Source: Chloroflexota bacterium (lineage in GTDB: Bacteria > Chloroflexota > Dehalococcoidia > Dehalococcoidales > UBA2162). Taken from it: DNA of 62,498 nt. Under the pieces are notes generated by a model that was not told where the DNA came from, ran no database searches, and saw nothing but the letters and a program-made list of their open reading frames with translations. Below, piece after piece: positions 40,045-50,579 of this stretch. The translations under genes and the position numbers were made by a program. The stretch spans positions 1 through 62,498 of the forward strand of contig JACPPR010000028.1 in assembly GCA_016190895.1 (NCBI GenBank). Direction: 5' to 3'. How positions within the stretch are numbered: position 1 is the stretch's first letter; each line of letters opens with the position of its first letter.

Positions 40045-40269
40045 GTGGTAAATAAGAATAAAGTGGAAATGAAGAGCGCCCCGGGCAGGGATAAGGTAGA
40101 GGTGCTGGGAGAGACCTTCGAGCCGGGCAAGCCCGAGGGTGAAGAAATGGGCAAATGGCGCCAGAAACTGGAGAGCCGCCAGGAGAAGCTGAAATACCTG
40201 GAAACTGGCGAAAGATATTATTACAGCAAAGATTGGTATGGCAGCGAAAAAAGGAAGAACCCGGCGTAG
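40045..40269 (+). CDS. small hypothetical protein (74 aa) within the acs cluster
   Basis: AAGGAGG RBS before a GTG start; co-oriented with the cluster. Confidence 0.7.
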   Translation: MVNKNKVEMKSAPGRDKVEVLGETFEPGKPEGEEMGKWRQKLESRQEKLKYLETGERYYYSKDWYGSEKRKNPA

Positions 40270-40272
40270 CCC

Positions 40273-40326
40273 AGTTTATTGAGTTTATTGAGTTTGTTGC
40301 GTTCATTGAGTTTCTTGAGTTAATTC
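40273..40326. repeat. degenerate 9-nt tandem repeat (AGTTTATTG) x6
   Basis: agtttattg agtttattg agtttgttg cgttcattg agtttcttg agttaattc. Confidence 0.8.
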
Positions 40327-40440
40327 ATCTTCTCCGCCTCTCCCCTTGCGGGAGAGGATTGAGGTGAGGGGACAAACAGAAACTGAATGTGCACAGGCGG
40401 GGACGCCTGTGCCACCAGAATTAGACAAGGGGGGTAATTA

Positions 40441-41388
40441 ATGCCTGTTGAAATTCCTAAGATAGCCTATAGCGGCAAAGTCAAAGAGGTAACCCTGGGC
40501 AAGGGCGGCAAAACCGTCACGGTCGGCGGGGAAACATCCTACCCCTTCTACCTCTTCGAAGGCGCTATGACTAATAAACCAAAAATAGCCATGGAGGTCT
40601 GGGACTGCCCGCCGGAAGACTGGGCGGCAGCCGCCTTAGAGCCGTTTGCCGGGGTAACCGGTGACCCGGTTGCCTGGGCGAAAAAGTGCATCAATGATTA
40701 CGGCGCCGAGATGATTGCTCTTGAGCTAATCAGCACCGACCCGAACGGTCTTAACCGGCCGGCCGCTGAAGCCGCCGCCGTGGTCAAGAAGGTATCTGAT
40801 GCCATCGACGTGCCCTTAATCGTCTGGGGAACGGCCAACCATGAGAAAGATACCGAAGTGCTGAGGCTGGTGGCTGAGCTTTGCCAGGACAAAAGACTGA
40901 TTCTTGGGCCTGTGGAAGAGGGCGACCATAAGAGAATCGGCGCCGCTTCTCTGGCTTACCATCACACGGTCATCGCCTCGACGCCCATCGATATCAACCT
41001 GGCCAAACAGCTTAATATTTTGCTGGGTAACCTGGGCGTTCCCGACGACCTGCTGGTAATGGACCCGACGGTGAGCGGCATTGGCTACGGCATCGAATAT
41101 TGTTACTCGGTAATGGAGAGGATGAGGATGGCGGGTCTGACTCAACAGGATGAGAAGCTTCAGTTCCCTATCATCTGCAATATCTCCAAGGAGACCTGGA
41201 AGACCAAGGAAGCCAAATCCCCGACCGGGGAAGTCCCCGAGCTGGGGGAAGCCAGGAAGCGGGGTATCCTGCTCGAGGCAATGTCCTCGGTAGCCTTGCT
41301 GATGGCCGGAGCCGATGTATTGATAATGAGACATCCGGAAGCAATAAAATTAGTCCGGGAAATGATTGCTGATTTAACCGCCTCATAG
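40441..41388 (+). CDS. acsD: corrinoid Fe-S protein small (delta) subunit
   Basis: VGGET.YPFY.FEG, DINLAKQLN, GYGIEY and RHPEA. Confidence 0.95.
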   Translation: MPVEIPKIAYSGKVKEVTLGKGGKTVTVGGETSYPFYLFEGAMTNKPKIAMEVWDCPPEDWAAAALEPFAGVTGDPVAWAKKCINDYGAEMIALELISTDPNGLNRPAAEAAAVVKKVSDAIDVPLIVWGTANHEKDTEVLRLVAELCQDKRLILGPVEEGDHKRIGAASLAYHHTVIASTPIDINLAKQLNILLGNLGVPDDLLVMDPTVSGIGYGIEYCYSVMERMRMAGLTQQDEKLQFPIICNISKETWKTKEAKSPTGEVPELGEARKRGILLEAMSSVALLMAGADVLIMRHPEAIKLVREMIADLTAS

Positions 41389-41416
41389 AAAAATAAAAGG
41401 GAGGAAGAGGAAAGAA

Positions 41417-43381
41417 ATGGCAGAAGAGAAGAAACTAAGTATCGACCCGGCTACTCTTGAGATGATTGAGAAGGCCAACAGCGAAGGGGTTAGTACCGCT
41501 TTCGCGAGGGCCGAGGTGATGAGACCGTGCCCGATAGGCGCCGAGGGCAGTTGCTGCAGTAACTGCGCCATGGGCCCTTGCCGGGTACCGCTACCGAGAG
41601 GTAGAACCGAAACACCGGAGGAGAAAAAGAAGCGCCGGGGCGTCTGCGGGGCGACCGTCGAGACCATCGCCGCCCGCAACTTCGTGCGCAAGATTGCCGC
41701 CGGCACGGCATCTCACGGCGACCATGGCCGCGAGGTGGCCAAGGTCTTCCTTGAGATGGCCAGGGGAGAGGCGCCCGGATTTGAAATCAAGGACGAGCAG
41801 AAGCTCTTGCAGCTTGCCCTGGAACTGGGCGTCAACATCGGTAACCGCAGCAACAAAGAGATAGCTATCGATGTCGGCAAGATACTCGAAGCAGATTTTA
41901 GCCGGCAGGAAGGCGAGCTTGTTTTCCTGAAACGGGCGCCGATAAAGCGCCAGGAAATCTGGAAGAAGCTCGGCGTTCTCCCCAGGGGTATCGATAGAGA
42001 AGTCTCCGAGGCGCTGCACCGCACCCATATGGGCTGCGACCAGGACTATAAAGACCTCCTGCTTCACGGGGCCAAGACCGCCCTGGCCGATGGCTGGGGC
42101 GGCAGCATGATTGCCACCGAACTTCAAGATATCATGTTCGGCACTCCTGCGCCGGTAGCCAGCCAGATAAACCTGGGCGTCCTGAAAATTGACGAGGTCA
42201 ATATCATCGTCCACGGCCATGAGCCTTACCTGGCTGAAACACTTGCCGTAGTGGCTCAAATGCCTGAGATGATTGAATACGCTAAATCGAATGGGGCTAA
42301 GGGTATTAACCTGGCAGGTATGTGCTGCACCGCTAACGAGATTCTGATGCGGCACGGCGTACCGATTGCCGGGAACTTCCTGCAGCAGGAACTGGCCGTA
42401 GTCACCGGCGCTGTCGAAGCGATGGTGGTCGATGTCCAGTGCATTATGCAGGGGCTGGTCGAAGCGGCGTCCTGTTTCCATACCAAGATTATCACCACCG
42501 ACCGCCGCGCCAAGATTGAAGGCGCTACCCACATGGAGTTCGATGAGCATCATGCCGTCGAATCGGCTAAAGCCGTCATCAAGGCTGCCATCGATAACTT
42601 CCCCAACAGAAGGCAGAACGTGCGCATTCCCGACTACAAGACCGACATTATCGCCGGCTTCAGCCATGAAACTATCAACTACCTGCTGGGAGGGCTCTTC
42701 CGGGCTTCCTACCGCCCCCTGAACGATAACATCATCAACGGGCGCATCAGGGGTGTGGCCGGGGTGGTCGGTTGCAATAACGCCAGGGTCACTCACGATG
42801 ATGTCCACGTCACCCTGGTCAAGGAACTCATCAAGAACGATGTCCTGGTGCTCGAAACCGGCTGCGCCGCCATGGCTTGCGGCAAAGCCGGCCTGCTGGT
42901 GCCGGAGGCTGCCGCCCTTGCCGGGCCAGGTCTCCGCTCCGTCTGTGAAGCGGTCGGCATTCCGCCGGTACTGCACCTCGGCGCTTGTATCGATAACAGC
43001 CGTATCCTCATCGCCGCCACCGCTATGGTGAAAGACGGCGGCCTGGGCGATGATATCAGCGACCTGCCGGCTGCCGGTGTAGCGCCGGAGTGGATGAGCG
43101 AAAAGGCAGTCGCCATCGGACAGTACTTCGTCAGCTCGGGGGTCTACACCATCTTCGGCGCCAGCTGGCCTACCGAAGGCAGCAAAGAAGTGACAGATTT
43201 CCTCTTTAAGGAAATGGAAAACCTGTACGGCGGAATGTGGGGCTTTGAGACCGACCCTCTCAAGATAGCCAAAATGGTCATCGACCACATCGATAAGAAG
43301 CGGAAAGCTCTGGGCATCGATAAAGCCAGAGAAAGAGTGCTCTATGACATGGCGATGAGACGGGAACTGGAGGCGGTGTAA
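41417..43381 (+). CDS. cooS: anaerobic Ni-Fe carbon monoxide dehydrogenase catalytic subunit
   Basis: CCSNCAMGPC, HGHEP, CCTANE, DVQC, VGCNN, GACIDNSR and EWMSEKA. Confidence 0.97.
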   Translation: MAEEKKLSIDPATLEMIEKANSEGVSTAFARAEVMRPCPIGAEGSCCSNCAMGPCRVPLPRGRTETPEEKKKRRGVCGATVETIAARNFVRKIAAGTASHGDHGREVAKVFLEMARGEAPGFEIKDEQKLLQLALELGVNIGNRSNKEIAIDVGKILEADFSRQEGELVFLKRAPIKRQEIWKKLGVLPRGIDREVSEALHRTHMGCDQDYKDLLLHGAKTALADGWGGSMIATELQDIMFGTPAPVASQINLGVLKIDEVNIIVHGHEPYLAETLAVVAQMPEMIEYAKSNGAKGINLAGMCCTANEILMRHGVPIAGNFLQQELAVVTGAVEAMVVDVQCIMQGLVEAASCFHTKIITTDRRAKIEGATHMEFDEHHAVESAKAVIKAAIDNFPNRRQNVRIPDYKTDIIAGFSHETINYLLGGLFRASYRPLNDNIINGRIRGVAGVVGCNNARVTHDDVHVTLVKELIKNDVLVLETGCAAMACGKAGLLVPEAAALAGPGLRSVCEAVGIPPVLHLGACIDNSRILIAATAMVKDGGLGDDISDLPAAGVAPEWMSEKAVAIGQYFVSSGVYTIFGASWPTEGSKEVTDFLFKEMENLYGGMWGFETDPLKIAKMVIDHIDKKRKALGIDKARERVLYDMAMRRELEAV

Positions 43382-43427
43382 GTGTCATATCACGAGGAGA
43401 TAATGTACAAGGGAGGATTGAAAAGAG

Positions 43428-45635
43428 ATGTCTAAGATAATTGCCTCGGCAGCAATCAGGGGAGCTCACAAGATTGTCGATAATGCTGAGTCGAAGTGGA
43501 AACAGGCGATGGACAAATGGGGAGCCAACGAACCGGTGGGCTTCCCGAATACCGCCTACTATCTGCCCATCATTTATGGAATTCTGGGCACCAAGGTAGA
43601 AAAGCTCGGCGATATGGAAAAAGTCCTCAAGAAGAGCCGGGCCATCTTGCCGCCGCTGGTGAAAGAAACACATCACCTTCCCTATCTGGCGCCAGCCCTG
43701 GACGCCGGCATGGTCACTATGTTCGCTGAAGAGCTTATCGAAGCGGTAAGGTATCTGGAAAGCCCGAATTTCTATACCAAGACCGAGGATATCAAGCCGG
43801 ATAACATCTGGCTGGGGGCCGCTGACGATATTATCCTCCGCAAGAGAGGCATCGAGTTCGTCGATGGCACGGCTCCCGGCTTCGCTGCCATTCTCGGCGC
43901 AGCGCCGACCAAAGAGATAGCCGCCCGTATCGCCCAGGAACTGCAGCAGAAAAACCTCTATGTCTTCATGTGCGCCGAGTATAACGGCAAGAGATTCTCC
44001 GAGCAGCTCCTGGAAGCAGGCGTGCAAATCGGCTGGCCGACCCGCCTGGTCTCATTCGGACCCGATGTCAGCGCCGCCGTTTTTGCCATGGGCTTCGCCA
44101 CCAGAGCGGCCATGTCCTTTGGTGGCATCGAAGCCGGCGATTTCAGAAAAATCCTCATTTATAACAAGGACCGCGTCTTCGCTTTTGCTTTGCCGATGGG
44201 CTATGTTACCGATGAGTGGTACGCCAATGCCGCCGGAGCCATCAACTGGGGCTTCCCGGTCATTGCCGATACCCCGATACCTGAAGTCCTGCCCACCGGC
44301 ATCTGCACCTACGAGCATGTCGTCTCCAACATTCCTCATGAAAAGCTGGTCGCCAAAGCGGTAGAAGTGAGAGGGCTCAAAGTTACCGTTTCCGAAGTGC
44401 CGATTCCGGTCGCCTTCGGGGCTGCCTTCGAGGGCGAACGGGTACGCGGCGAAGACATTTATCTGGAGTGCGGCGGCGGCCGGACCCAGATGGTGGAATG
44501 GGTCACCAGCAAGCCGATGAATGAAGTCGAGGACGGCAAAATCGAAGTCATCGGCCCCGAAGTAACCGATATCAAGGCCGGTTCTCGGTTGCCGATGGCA
44601 ATCACTGTTGAAGTGGCCGGACGGGAAATGCAGGAGGACTACGAGCCTATCCTGGAAAGGCAGATTCATCACCTTATCAACTACGCCCAGGGGTCGATGC
44701 ACATCGGACAGAGGGACATTGCCTGGATACGAATCAACAAACAGGCTGTGGAGAAGGGCTTCCGGCTCCATCACATCGGCACCATTCTTCACGCCAAGCT
44801 GCACCACGACTTCGGGCGTATCTTCGATAAGCTGCAGGTCAAAATTTACACCGACAAAGATAAAGTAGCCCAGCTCGTGGAACAGGCCAGAGCCGTCTAC
44901 AATAAGAGAGATATGCGCATCGAGGGCATGACCGATGAGAGCGTCGAAACCTACTACTCCTGCACCCTGTGCCAGTCCTTCGCTCCGAGCCATGTCTGCG
45001 TGATTAGCCCGGAAAGAACCGGACTCTGCGGTTCCTATAACTGGATGGACTGCAAAGCCTCTTTCGAGATTAATCCCACCGGGCCGAACCAGCCCGTCGT
45101 TAAGGGGCAACCCATCGACGCCAAGCTGGGTCAGTGGAAAGGCGTCAATGATTTTGTGACCAGGACCTCCCGCGGTAAGATAGACCACTACAATTTCTAT
45201 AGCCTGGTGAACGACCCGATGACCACCTGCGGCTGCTGCGAGGCTATAGCAGCCGTCCTGCCGCTCTGCAACGGTGTAATGACGGTCAACCGCGAGTATA
45301 CCGGCGAGACGCCCTGCGGAATGAAATTCACCACACTGGCCGGGACTATCGGCGGCGGCTTGAGCACACCCGGCTTCGTCGGTCACGGCAAGTATAATAC
45401 CACCCAGAGGAAGTTCCTCGCCGGCGACGGCGGGCTACTGAGAATGGTCTGGATGCCTAAAATGCTGAAGGAAGAACTGGCTGACAAACTGAAAGCTAGA
45501 GCTATTGAACTGGGAGTGCCCGACCTGCTAGACAAGATTGCCGATGAGACAATCGGCGTTACCGAAGAGGCGATACTGCCCTTCCTGACGGAGAAAGGAC
45601 ACCCGGCTCTGACGATGGACCCAATATTGGGATAA
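43428..45635 (+). CDS. acsB: acetyl-CoA synthase subunit
   Basis: FPNTAYYLP, CTLCQSFAP.HVC, RTGLCG, PMTTCGCCE and WMPK. Confidence 0.97.
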   Translation: MSKIIASAAIRGAHKIVDNAESKWKQAMDKWGANEPVGFPNTAYYLPIIYGILGTKVEKLGDMEKVLKKSRAILPPLVKETHHLPYLAPALDAGMVTMFAEELIEAVRYLESPNFYTKTEDIKPDNIWLGAADDIILRKRGIEFVDGTAPGFAAILGAAPTKEIAARIAQELQQKNLYVFMCAEYNGKRFSEQLLEAGVQIGWPTRLVSFGPDVSAAVFAMGFATRAAMSFGGIEAGDFRKILIYNKDRVFAFALPMGYVTDEWYANAAGAINWGFPVIADTPIPEVLPTGICTYEHVVSNIPHEKLVAKAVEVRGLKVTVSEVPIPVAFGAAFEGERVRGEDIYLECGGGRTQMVEWVTSKPMNEVEDGKIEVIGPEVTDIKAGSRLPMAITVEVAGREMQEDYEPILERQIHHLINYAQGSMHIGQRDIAWIRINKQAVEKGFRLHHIGTILHAKLHHDFGRIFDKLQVKIYTDKDKVAQLVEQARAVYNKRDMRIEGMTDESVETYYSCTLCQSFAPSHVCVISPERTGLCGSYNWMDCKASFEINPTGPNQPVVKGQPIDAKLGQWKGVNDFVTRTSRGKIDHYNFYSLVNDPMTTCGCCEAIAAVLPLCNGVMTVNREYTGETPCGMKFTTLAGTIGGGLSTPGFVGHGKYNTTQRKFLAGDGGLLRMVWMPKMLKEELADKLKARAIELGVPDLLDKIADETIGVTEEAILPFLTEKGHPALTMDPILG

Positions 45636-45657
45636 TATCCAGAATGGAGTAAAAGAA

Positions 45658-47001
45658 ATGCCACTTACCGGAATCGAAATATTCAAGCTGCTGCCCAAGA
45701 CGAACTGTAAGGAGTGCGGGGTACCGACCTGCCTTGCCTTCGCTATGAGCCTGGCGGCGAGCAAGGCAACCCTGACCGCCTGCCCCTACGTTTCCGCGGA
45801 AGCGAAGGCAAAGCTGCAGGAAGCCTCGGCGCCACCGATAAGGGTGGTGAATATCGGCGTCGGCGCCCGGGCACTAAAGGTCGGCGGAGAGACGGTCATG
45901 TTCCGCCACGAAAAGAGGTTCGAGAACCCGCCCGGCATCTCCCTCCTCATCAAGGATACGATGTCTGATGCCGAGGTCGATGCCCGTCTGGACAGGTTTA
46001 TCCAACTCCAGTACGATAGGGTCGGCTTAACCCTCCGCCCCGAGCTGATAGCTCTGAAAGCAGAATCGGGGGACGCTGGTAAGTTCGTGGCGCTGGTGAA
46101 TAAGGTTAAGCAGAAAGTCGATTGCAGCTTGATTTTGATGAGCGATAATCCGGCCATTCTAACTGCCGGAGTCAAGGCATCTGCCGAACGCAAGCCGCTG
46201 CTCTACGCCGCCACCAAGGATAATGTGGATGCCGTGGCGGCCCTGGCCAAGGAGACTGCCTGCCCGGTGGCTGTGAAGGCTACCAGCCTGGACGAAGTCG
46301 CCGAGCTGACGGATAAGCTGACCAAGGCCGGAGTCAACGACATCGTTATCGATTCCGGGGCGAGGACCGTACGCAAGGCTTTTGAAGACCAGGTCATCAT
46401 CAGGCGGGCCGCCTTAGTCAAGAAGTTCAAACCCTTCGGCTTCCCCACGATTACATTCCCGGCTGAGATGACGGACAACCCGATGAAAGAGGCGGCAATC
46501 GCCGCTATGTTCGTGGCGAAGTACGGAGGCATCATCGTCCTCTCCGATTTCCAGGGCGAAGTCCTGTTCCCGCTGCTTGTAGAAAGGTTGAATATCTTCA
46601 CCGACCCGCAGCGTCCGCTGGCGACTACCCAGGGTATCTATGAGATTAACAACCCCAACGAAAACTCGCCGGTGCTGCTGACCAGCAATTTCTCCCTGAC
46701 CTACTTCATCGTCTCCGGTGAAATAGAGTCTAGCAAGGTGCCCAGCTACCTGCTGGTGATGGATACGGAGGGACTCTCAGTGATGACTGCCTGGGCTGCC
46801 GGTAAATTCGTGGCCGATGCCATCGGGCCATTTGTTAAGAAAAGCGGCATTGCCGATAAGATTAAGCACCGCAAGCTGATAATCCCGGGCTACGCCGCCA
46901 CTGAAAGCGGCGGGCTGGAAGAAGAACTGTCCGGCTGGGAGATTCTGATTGGGCCCAGAGAGGGCTCCCTTATCCCGGCCTATCTCAAGACCTGGAAATA
47001 G
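45658..47001 (+). CDS. acsC: corrinoid Fe-S protein large (gamma) subunit
   Basis: LPKTNCKECGVPTCLAFA...CP, FRHEK, TDPQRP, NFSLTYF and GPRE. Confidence 0.96.
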   Translation: MPLTGIEIFKLLPKTNCKECGVPTCLAFAMSLAASKATLTACPYVSAEAKAKLQEASAPPIRVVNIGVGARALKVGGETVMFRHEKRFENPPGISLLIKDTMSDAEVDARLDRFIQLQYDRVGLTLRPELIALKAESGDAGKFVALVNKVKQKVDCSLILMSDNPAILTAGVKASAERKPLLYAATKDNVDAVAALAKETACPVAVKATSLDEVAELTDKLTKAGVNDIVIDSGARTVRKAFEDQVIIRRAALVKKFKPFGFPTITFPAEMTDNPMKEAAIAAMFVAKYGGIIVLSDFQGEVLFPLLVERLNIFTDPQRPLATTQGIYEINNPNENSPVLLTSNFSLTYFIVSGEIESSKVPSYLLVMDTEGLSVMTAWAAGKFVADAIGPFVKKSGIADKIKHRKLIIPGYAATESGGLEEELSGWEILIGPREGSLIPAYLKTWK

Positions 47002-47007
47002 TAGAGA

Positions 47008-47121
47008 AAATCCAAATGAAAAAATTCAAAGTCCAAATCAATATCAAAGTCCAAATGAAAAAATTTTGACATTTAAGCATTTGGATTTTCATTTGAACCT
47101 TGGATTTTGGACTTTGAATTT
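47008..47121. repeat. family G AT-rich heptamer-periodic palindrome (intact copy)
   Basis: AAATCCAAATG...CAAAGTCCAAATC...CATTTGGATTTTCATTTGAACCTTGGATTTTGGACTTTGAATTT; short relative at 48714-48747. Confidence 0.75.
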
Positions 47122-47138
47122 GTTTATGAGGGGGTACG

Positions 47139-48017
47139 ATGATTCTCATCGGAGAAAGTATCAATATCATGTCCAAAACCCTTGGCCCGGCATTGAGGGA
47201 AAGGAACCCGAAGCCTATCCAGGAAATGGCGCTGGCGGAAGTCAAGGCCGGGGTGGATTACCTCGACCTTAATATCGGCCCGGCCCGGCGGGCTGGCGAT
47301 GAGCTGATGAAATGGGTAGTCGAGACCGTCCAGGCGGTTACCGATATGCCGCTATCGCTGGATACGACCAACCCGGTGGCTATGGAGGCCGGTCTCAAAG
47401 TTTGCAAGAGCCGGGCTTTGATTAACTCCGTCTCGCTTCAGCCGGACAGGTTGCAAGCCGGGCTGCCCCTGGCCAAGAACTACAACGCCGATATGATTGG
47501 ACTCCTCTGGGGCGCCGAGGGTATGCCCAGAGACGCTAACGAGAGGTGTATGCTGGCCGTCGAACTGGTCTACCAGGCGAATGATATGGGCATTCCAACC
47601 GAAAATATCTGGATAGACCCAATCGCCAGCCCGATTTCGGTGGAGATAAACCAGGTAAAATCCTGTGTCGAGTTTATGAGCATGCTGGCGGAGGTAGCGC
47701 CCGGCTGCAAGTCAACCGTGGGACTTTCCAACATCTCGAATGGCACGCCGACACATCTAAGACCTTATCTGAACCGGACCTACCTGATAATGCTGATGAG
47801 GTACGGGCTCCATTCGGCCATCGTGGACGCCTTCGATGCCGAACTCAACGCGATAGCCAGAGGCAAGATGCCGGAGGTAGTCAAACTGGTGCATCGGGTG
47901 ATGGACGGCGAGCAAATTGACATAAAGTCGCTGAGTAAAAAAGAGGCGGAGTACGTCAAGACAGCCAGGGTACTCACAGGCGAAACCCTCTACTCTCATT
48001 CCTGGCTAGAAATATAA
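47139..48017 (+). CDS. acsE: methyltetrahydrofolate:corrinoid Fe-S protein methyltransferase
   Basis: IGESIN, DYLDLNIG, LSLDTTN, INS, IDP and GLSNISNG; cluster context. Confidence 0.92.
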   Translation: MILIGESINIMSKTLGPALRERNPKPIQEMALAEVKAGVDYLDLNIGPARRAGDELMKWVVETVQAVTDMPLSLDTTNPVAMEAGLKVCKSRALINSVSLQPDRLQAGLPLAKNYNADMIGLLWGAEGMPRDANERCMLAVELVYQANDMGIPTENIWIDPIASPISVEINQVKSCVEFMSMLAEVAPGCKSTVGLSNISNGTPTHLRPYLNRTYLIMLMRYGLHSAIVDAFDAELNAIARGKMPEVVKLVHRVMDGEQIDIKSLSKKEAEYVKTARVLTGETLYSHSWLEI

Positions 48018-48032
48018 GAAATCAGGTGGCAA

Positions 48033-48710
48033 ATGGCTGATATTACAGTAACAATGAATGGCAAGCAGGTCGGCGGACCTGCCGGGATAACCATACTCGA
48101 GTTGGCCAAGCAGAACGGCATAGACATTCCTACCCTCTGTTATCTTGAGGGGCTGCCGCCCACCGGCTCCTGCCGAGTCTGTGTGGTAGAAGTGGAAGGC
48201 TCCAGAACCCTGGTCGCTTCCTGCCACACTCCGATTTCGGCGGGCATGATTATCCAGACCCATTCTCCTAAAGTTCTGGAGGCTCGACGGGTGATAGTGG
48301 AGCTGCTCCTGGCAAGCCACTGCGGAACCTGCTATATGTGCGAAAAGGCCAATATCTGCGAGCTGCGCGAGGTGGCCGTCGACCTGGATGTGGGCGTCCC
48401 CAGGTTCCCAATCAGGAGACGATTTTATCCTATCGAGGATGAAAGCCCTTATATAACCCGCGATTTGTCCAAGTGCATTCTCTGCCGGAAGTGTATCCGA
48501 GCCTGCAATGAGGTAGCCAAAAAACATGTCTACGCTATGGGCTACCGGGGGTTTGATTCTAAAGTAGTCGTGGATTTCGATGAAGTGCTGAACAAAGAAG
48601 TTTGTCGTGACTGCGGCATCTGCATTCCCTATTGCCCGACGGGTGCCCTCAGCAACCCACAAAAATCCAGGAAAGACAAGAAGGGGCCGCCGCTGGTTAT
48701 CAAGGGCTAA
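48033..48710 (+). CDS. NuoG/HydA N-terminal-like Fe-S protein (2Fe-2S, His-ligated 4Fe-4S, 2x4Fe-4S), no catalytic domain
   Basis: IPTLC...CRVCVVE...C, HCGTCYMC...C, CILCRKCIRAC and CRDCGICIPYCP. Confidence 0.88.
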   Translation: MADITVTMNGKQVGGPAGITILELAKQNGIDIPTLCYLEGLPPTGSCRVCVVEVEGSRTLVASCHTPISAGMIIQTHSPKVLEARRVIVELLLASHCGTCYMCEKANICELREVAVDLDVGVPRFPIRRRFYPIEDESPYITRDLSKCILCRKCIRACNEVAKKHVYAMGYRGFDSKVVVDFDEVLNKEVCRDCGICIPYCPTGALSNPQKSRKDKKGPPLVIKG

Positions 48711-48777
48711 CTACAAATGGCAAATGACAAAATCCAAATGACAAATGCAGAGGAATATCTGAGAAAGAAAGAGTAGA

Positions 48778-49215
48778 ATGACTAATAAAACTACTACTTT
48801 AAGTAAGAACCAAAAATTGATACTGACGCTCTTGCAAGAGGCGCAGCAAAAAACCGGATTCATCTCCGAAGAAGCCATGGTTGGTATAGCCGAATCGCTC
48901 GGTATCTCCAGGAGCGATGTTTATGGCGTTGCCACCTTCTACTCATTTCTATCCGTCCAGCCGCAGGGCAGGAACGTAATCAGAATTTGCAAGAGCCTGC
49001 CCTGTCACCTCAAAAACGGTCAGGAAATAATCGAAAGCCTGGAAAAACAACTGGGCGTCAAGCCCGGTGAGACCACCCCCGATGGTAAGTTCTCTTTCAC
49101 CTTGACCAACTGCATCGGCGAGTGCGACCAGGCTCCGGCGATGCTGATTAATGATGATGTTCACGGTAATCTGACACCGGACAAGATAGCCCGGATTTTG
49201 AAGACGTACAAGTAA
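48778..49215 (+). CDS. NuoE/HydC-like 2Fe-2S subunit
   Basis: GVATFY, CKSLPC and CIGECDQAP. Confidence 0.92.
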   Translation: MTNKTTTLSKNQKLILTLLQEAQQKTGFISEEAMVGIAESLGISRSDVYGVATFYSFLSVQPQGRNVIRICKSLPCHLKNGQEIIESLEKQLGVKPGETTPDGKFSFTLTNCIGECDQAPAMLINDDVHGNLTPDKIARILKTYK

Positions 49216-49246
49216 CAATAAAATAAGGAGAGTTTTACGCAATCTA

Positions 49247-49326
49247 CCATTCCGTGCTTGACACGGAATCCAGGAAAACCCAGTTATTAATCCTAGTTTT
49301 CTGGATACCGACTTTCGTCGGTATGG
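49247..49326. repeat. family D repeat
   Basis: Matches 7133-7215. Confidence 0.9.
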
Positions 49327-49367
49327 ATGACGTTAGTGAACAACTTCAATAAGACAGGAGATTCTCA

Positions 49368-50579
49368 GTGCCAGAAAAACGGATTGTTTTGAAGAACTGC
49401 GGCGTTATCGACCCCAGGCGCATAGATACCTACCTGCAGCAGGATGGTTTCAAAGCCTGGCAAAAGGCTTCGGCGATGACGCCCGAGCAGGTAATCGCTG
49501 AAGTAAAAGCCTCCAATCTAAGGGGGCGGGGCGGGGCGGGCTTCCCCTGCGGGCTGAAATGGGAAGGGGCAAGAAACGCCCCCGGCGCCGAGAAATTCGT
49601 AATCTGTAACGCCGATGAGGGCGAGGTGGGGACTTTTAAGGACAGGTATATCCTGCAAAACGACCCCTTTAGCCTTATCGAAGGGCTTGCCATCGCCTCC
49701 CATGCTGTCGGCGCCAGACAAGCCTATATCTATCTGCGGGGAGAATACCGTTTCCTGCTGAGCCAGCTTAGAGGCGCTATTCGCCAGGCGAAAGAAAAGG
49801 GATTCTTGCCCCATGTGGACATCGAAGTTCGTGAAGGTTCCGGCGCTTATATTTGCGGCGAAGAGATGGCATTAATGGAATCCATCGAGGGGAAGCGGGG
49901 CGAGATTCGCTACAAGCCGCCCTTCCCGACGACCCAGGGACTGTGGCAGATGCCTACCGTCATCAACAACGTCGAAACGCTGATGAATGTTGCCCCGATT
50001 ATCTTGAATGGAGCCGCCTGGTTTAATCAAATCGGCACCGAGCGCAGCAAGGGCACCAAGGTCCTCTCAGTGAGCGGCGATGTGGCTAAACCCGGCGTCT
50101 ACGAAATCGTGCTGGGCACCACGCTCAAGGAGCTAATCGTTGATTTAGCCGGGGCGAAGAATATCAAGCTGGTCCAGATAGGCGGCGCCACCGGCAGAAT
50201 CGTGTCTGCCTCGATGCTGGATACTCCGCTCGCTTTTGAAACTATGCTCAGCGCCGGGGCAATCACAGTTTTCGATGAGACCAGGGACGTTATAGACATC
50301 GTTCACAGAACGATGGAATTTCTCGCCGAAGAAAGCTGCGGCAAGTGCTCTCCCTGCCGGGAAGGCTGCGGGATAATCGTTAACATTCTGGAGAGATTCA
50401 TCAAGGGCACAGCGACTCCCAAAGACATCACGACCCTGGAACAACTATCGAGCGCAATGATGCTGACCTCACTCTGCGGTCTGGGGCAGGCAGCCCCTAA
50501 CTCGGTGGTGGACAGCTTGAAGTATTTCCGGAGCGCCTATGAGGAGCGAATGAAGAAAGTTGAGGTGGTGGCAAGATGA
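49368..50579 (+). CDS. NuoF-like NADH/FMN-binding subunit (short form)
   Basis: GRGGAGF, NADEGE, GAYICGEE, NNVET and ESCGKCSPCREG...CGLG; no C-terminal ferredoxin domain. Confidence 0.92.
   Translation: MPEKRIVLKNCGVIDPRRIDTYLQQDGFKAWQKASAMTPEQVIAEVKASNLRGRGGAGFPCGLKWEGARNAPGAEKFVICNADEGEVGTFKDRYILQNDPFSLIEGLAIASHAVGARQAYIYLRGEYRFLLSQLRGAIRQAKEKGFLPHVDIEVREGSGAYICGEEMALMESIEGKRGEIRYKPPFPTTQGLWQMPTVINNVETLMNVAPIILNGAAWFNQIGTERSKGTKVLSVSGDVAKPGVYEIVLGTTLKELIVDLAGAKNIKLVQIGGATGRIVSASMLDTPLAFETMLSAGAITVFDETRDVIDIVHRTMEFLAEESCGKCSPCREGCGIIVNILERFIKGTATPKDITTLEQLSSAMMLTSLCGLGQAAPNSVVDSLKYFRSAYEERMKKVEVVAR

Noticed and set aside
41591-43288. 565-aa minus-strand ORF (also 44052-45386, 16534-17244, 21056-21850 and 58815-59567)
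   Set aside because: Antisense shadows of well-supported genes with strong codon bias; no motifs of their own.
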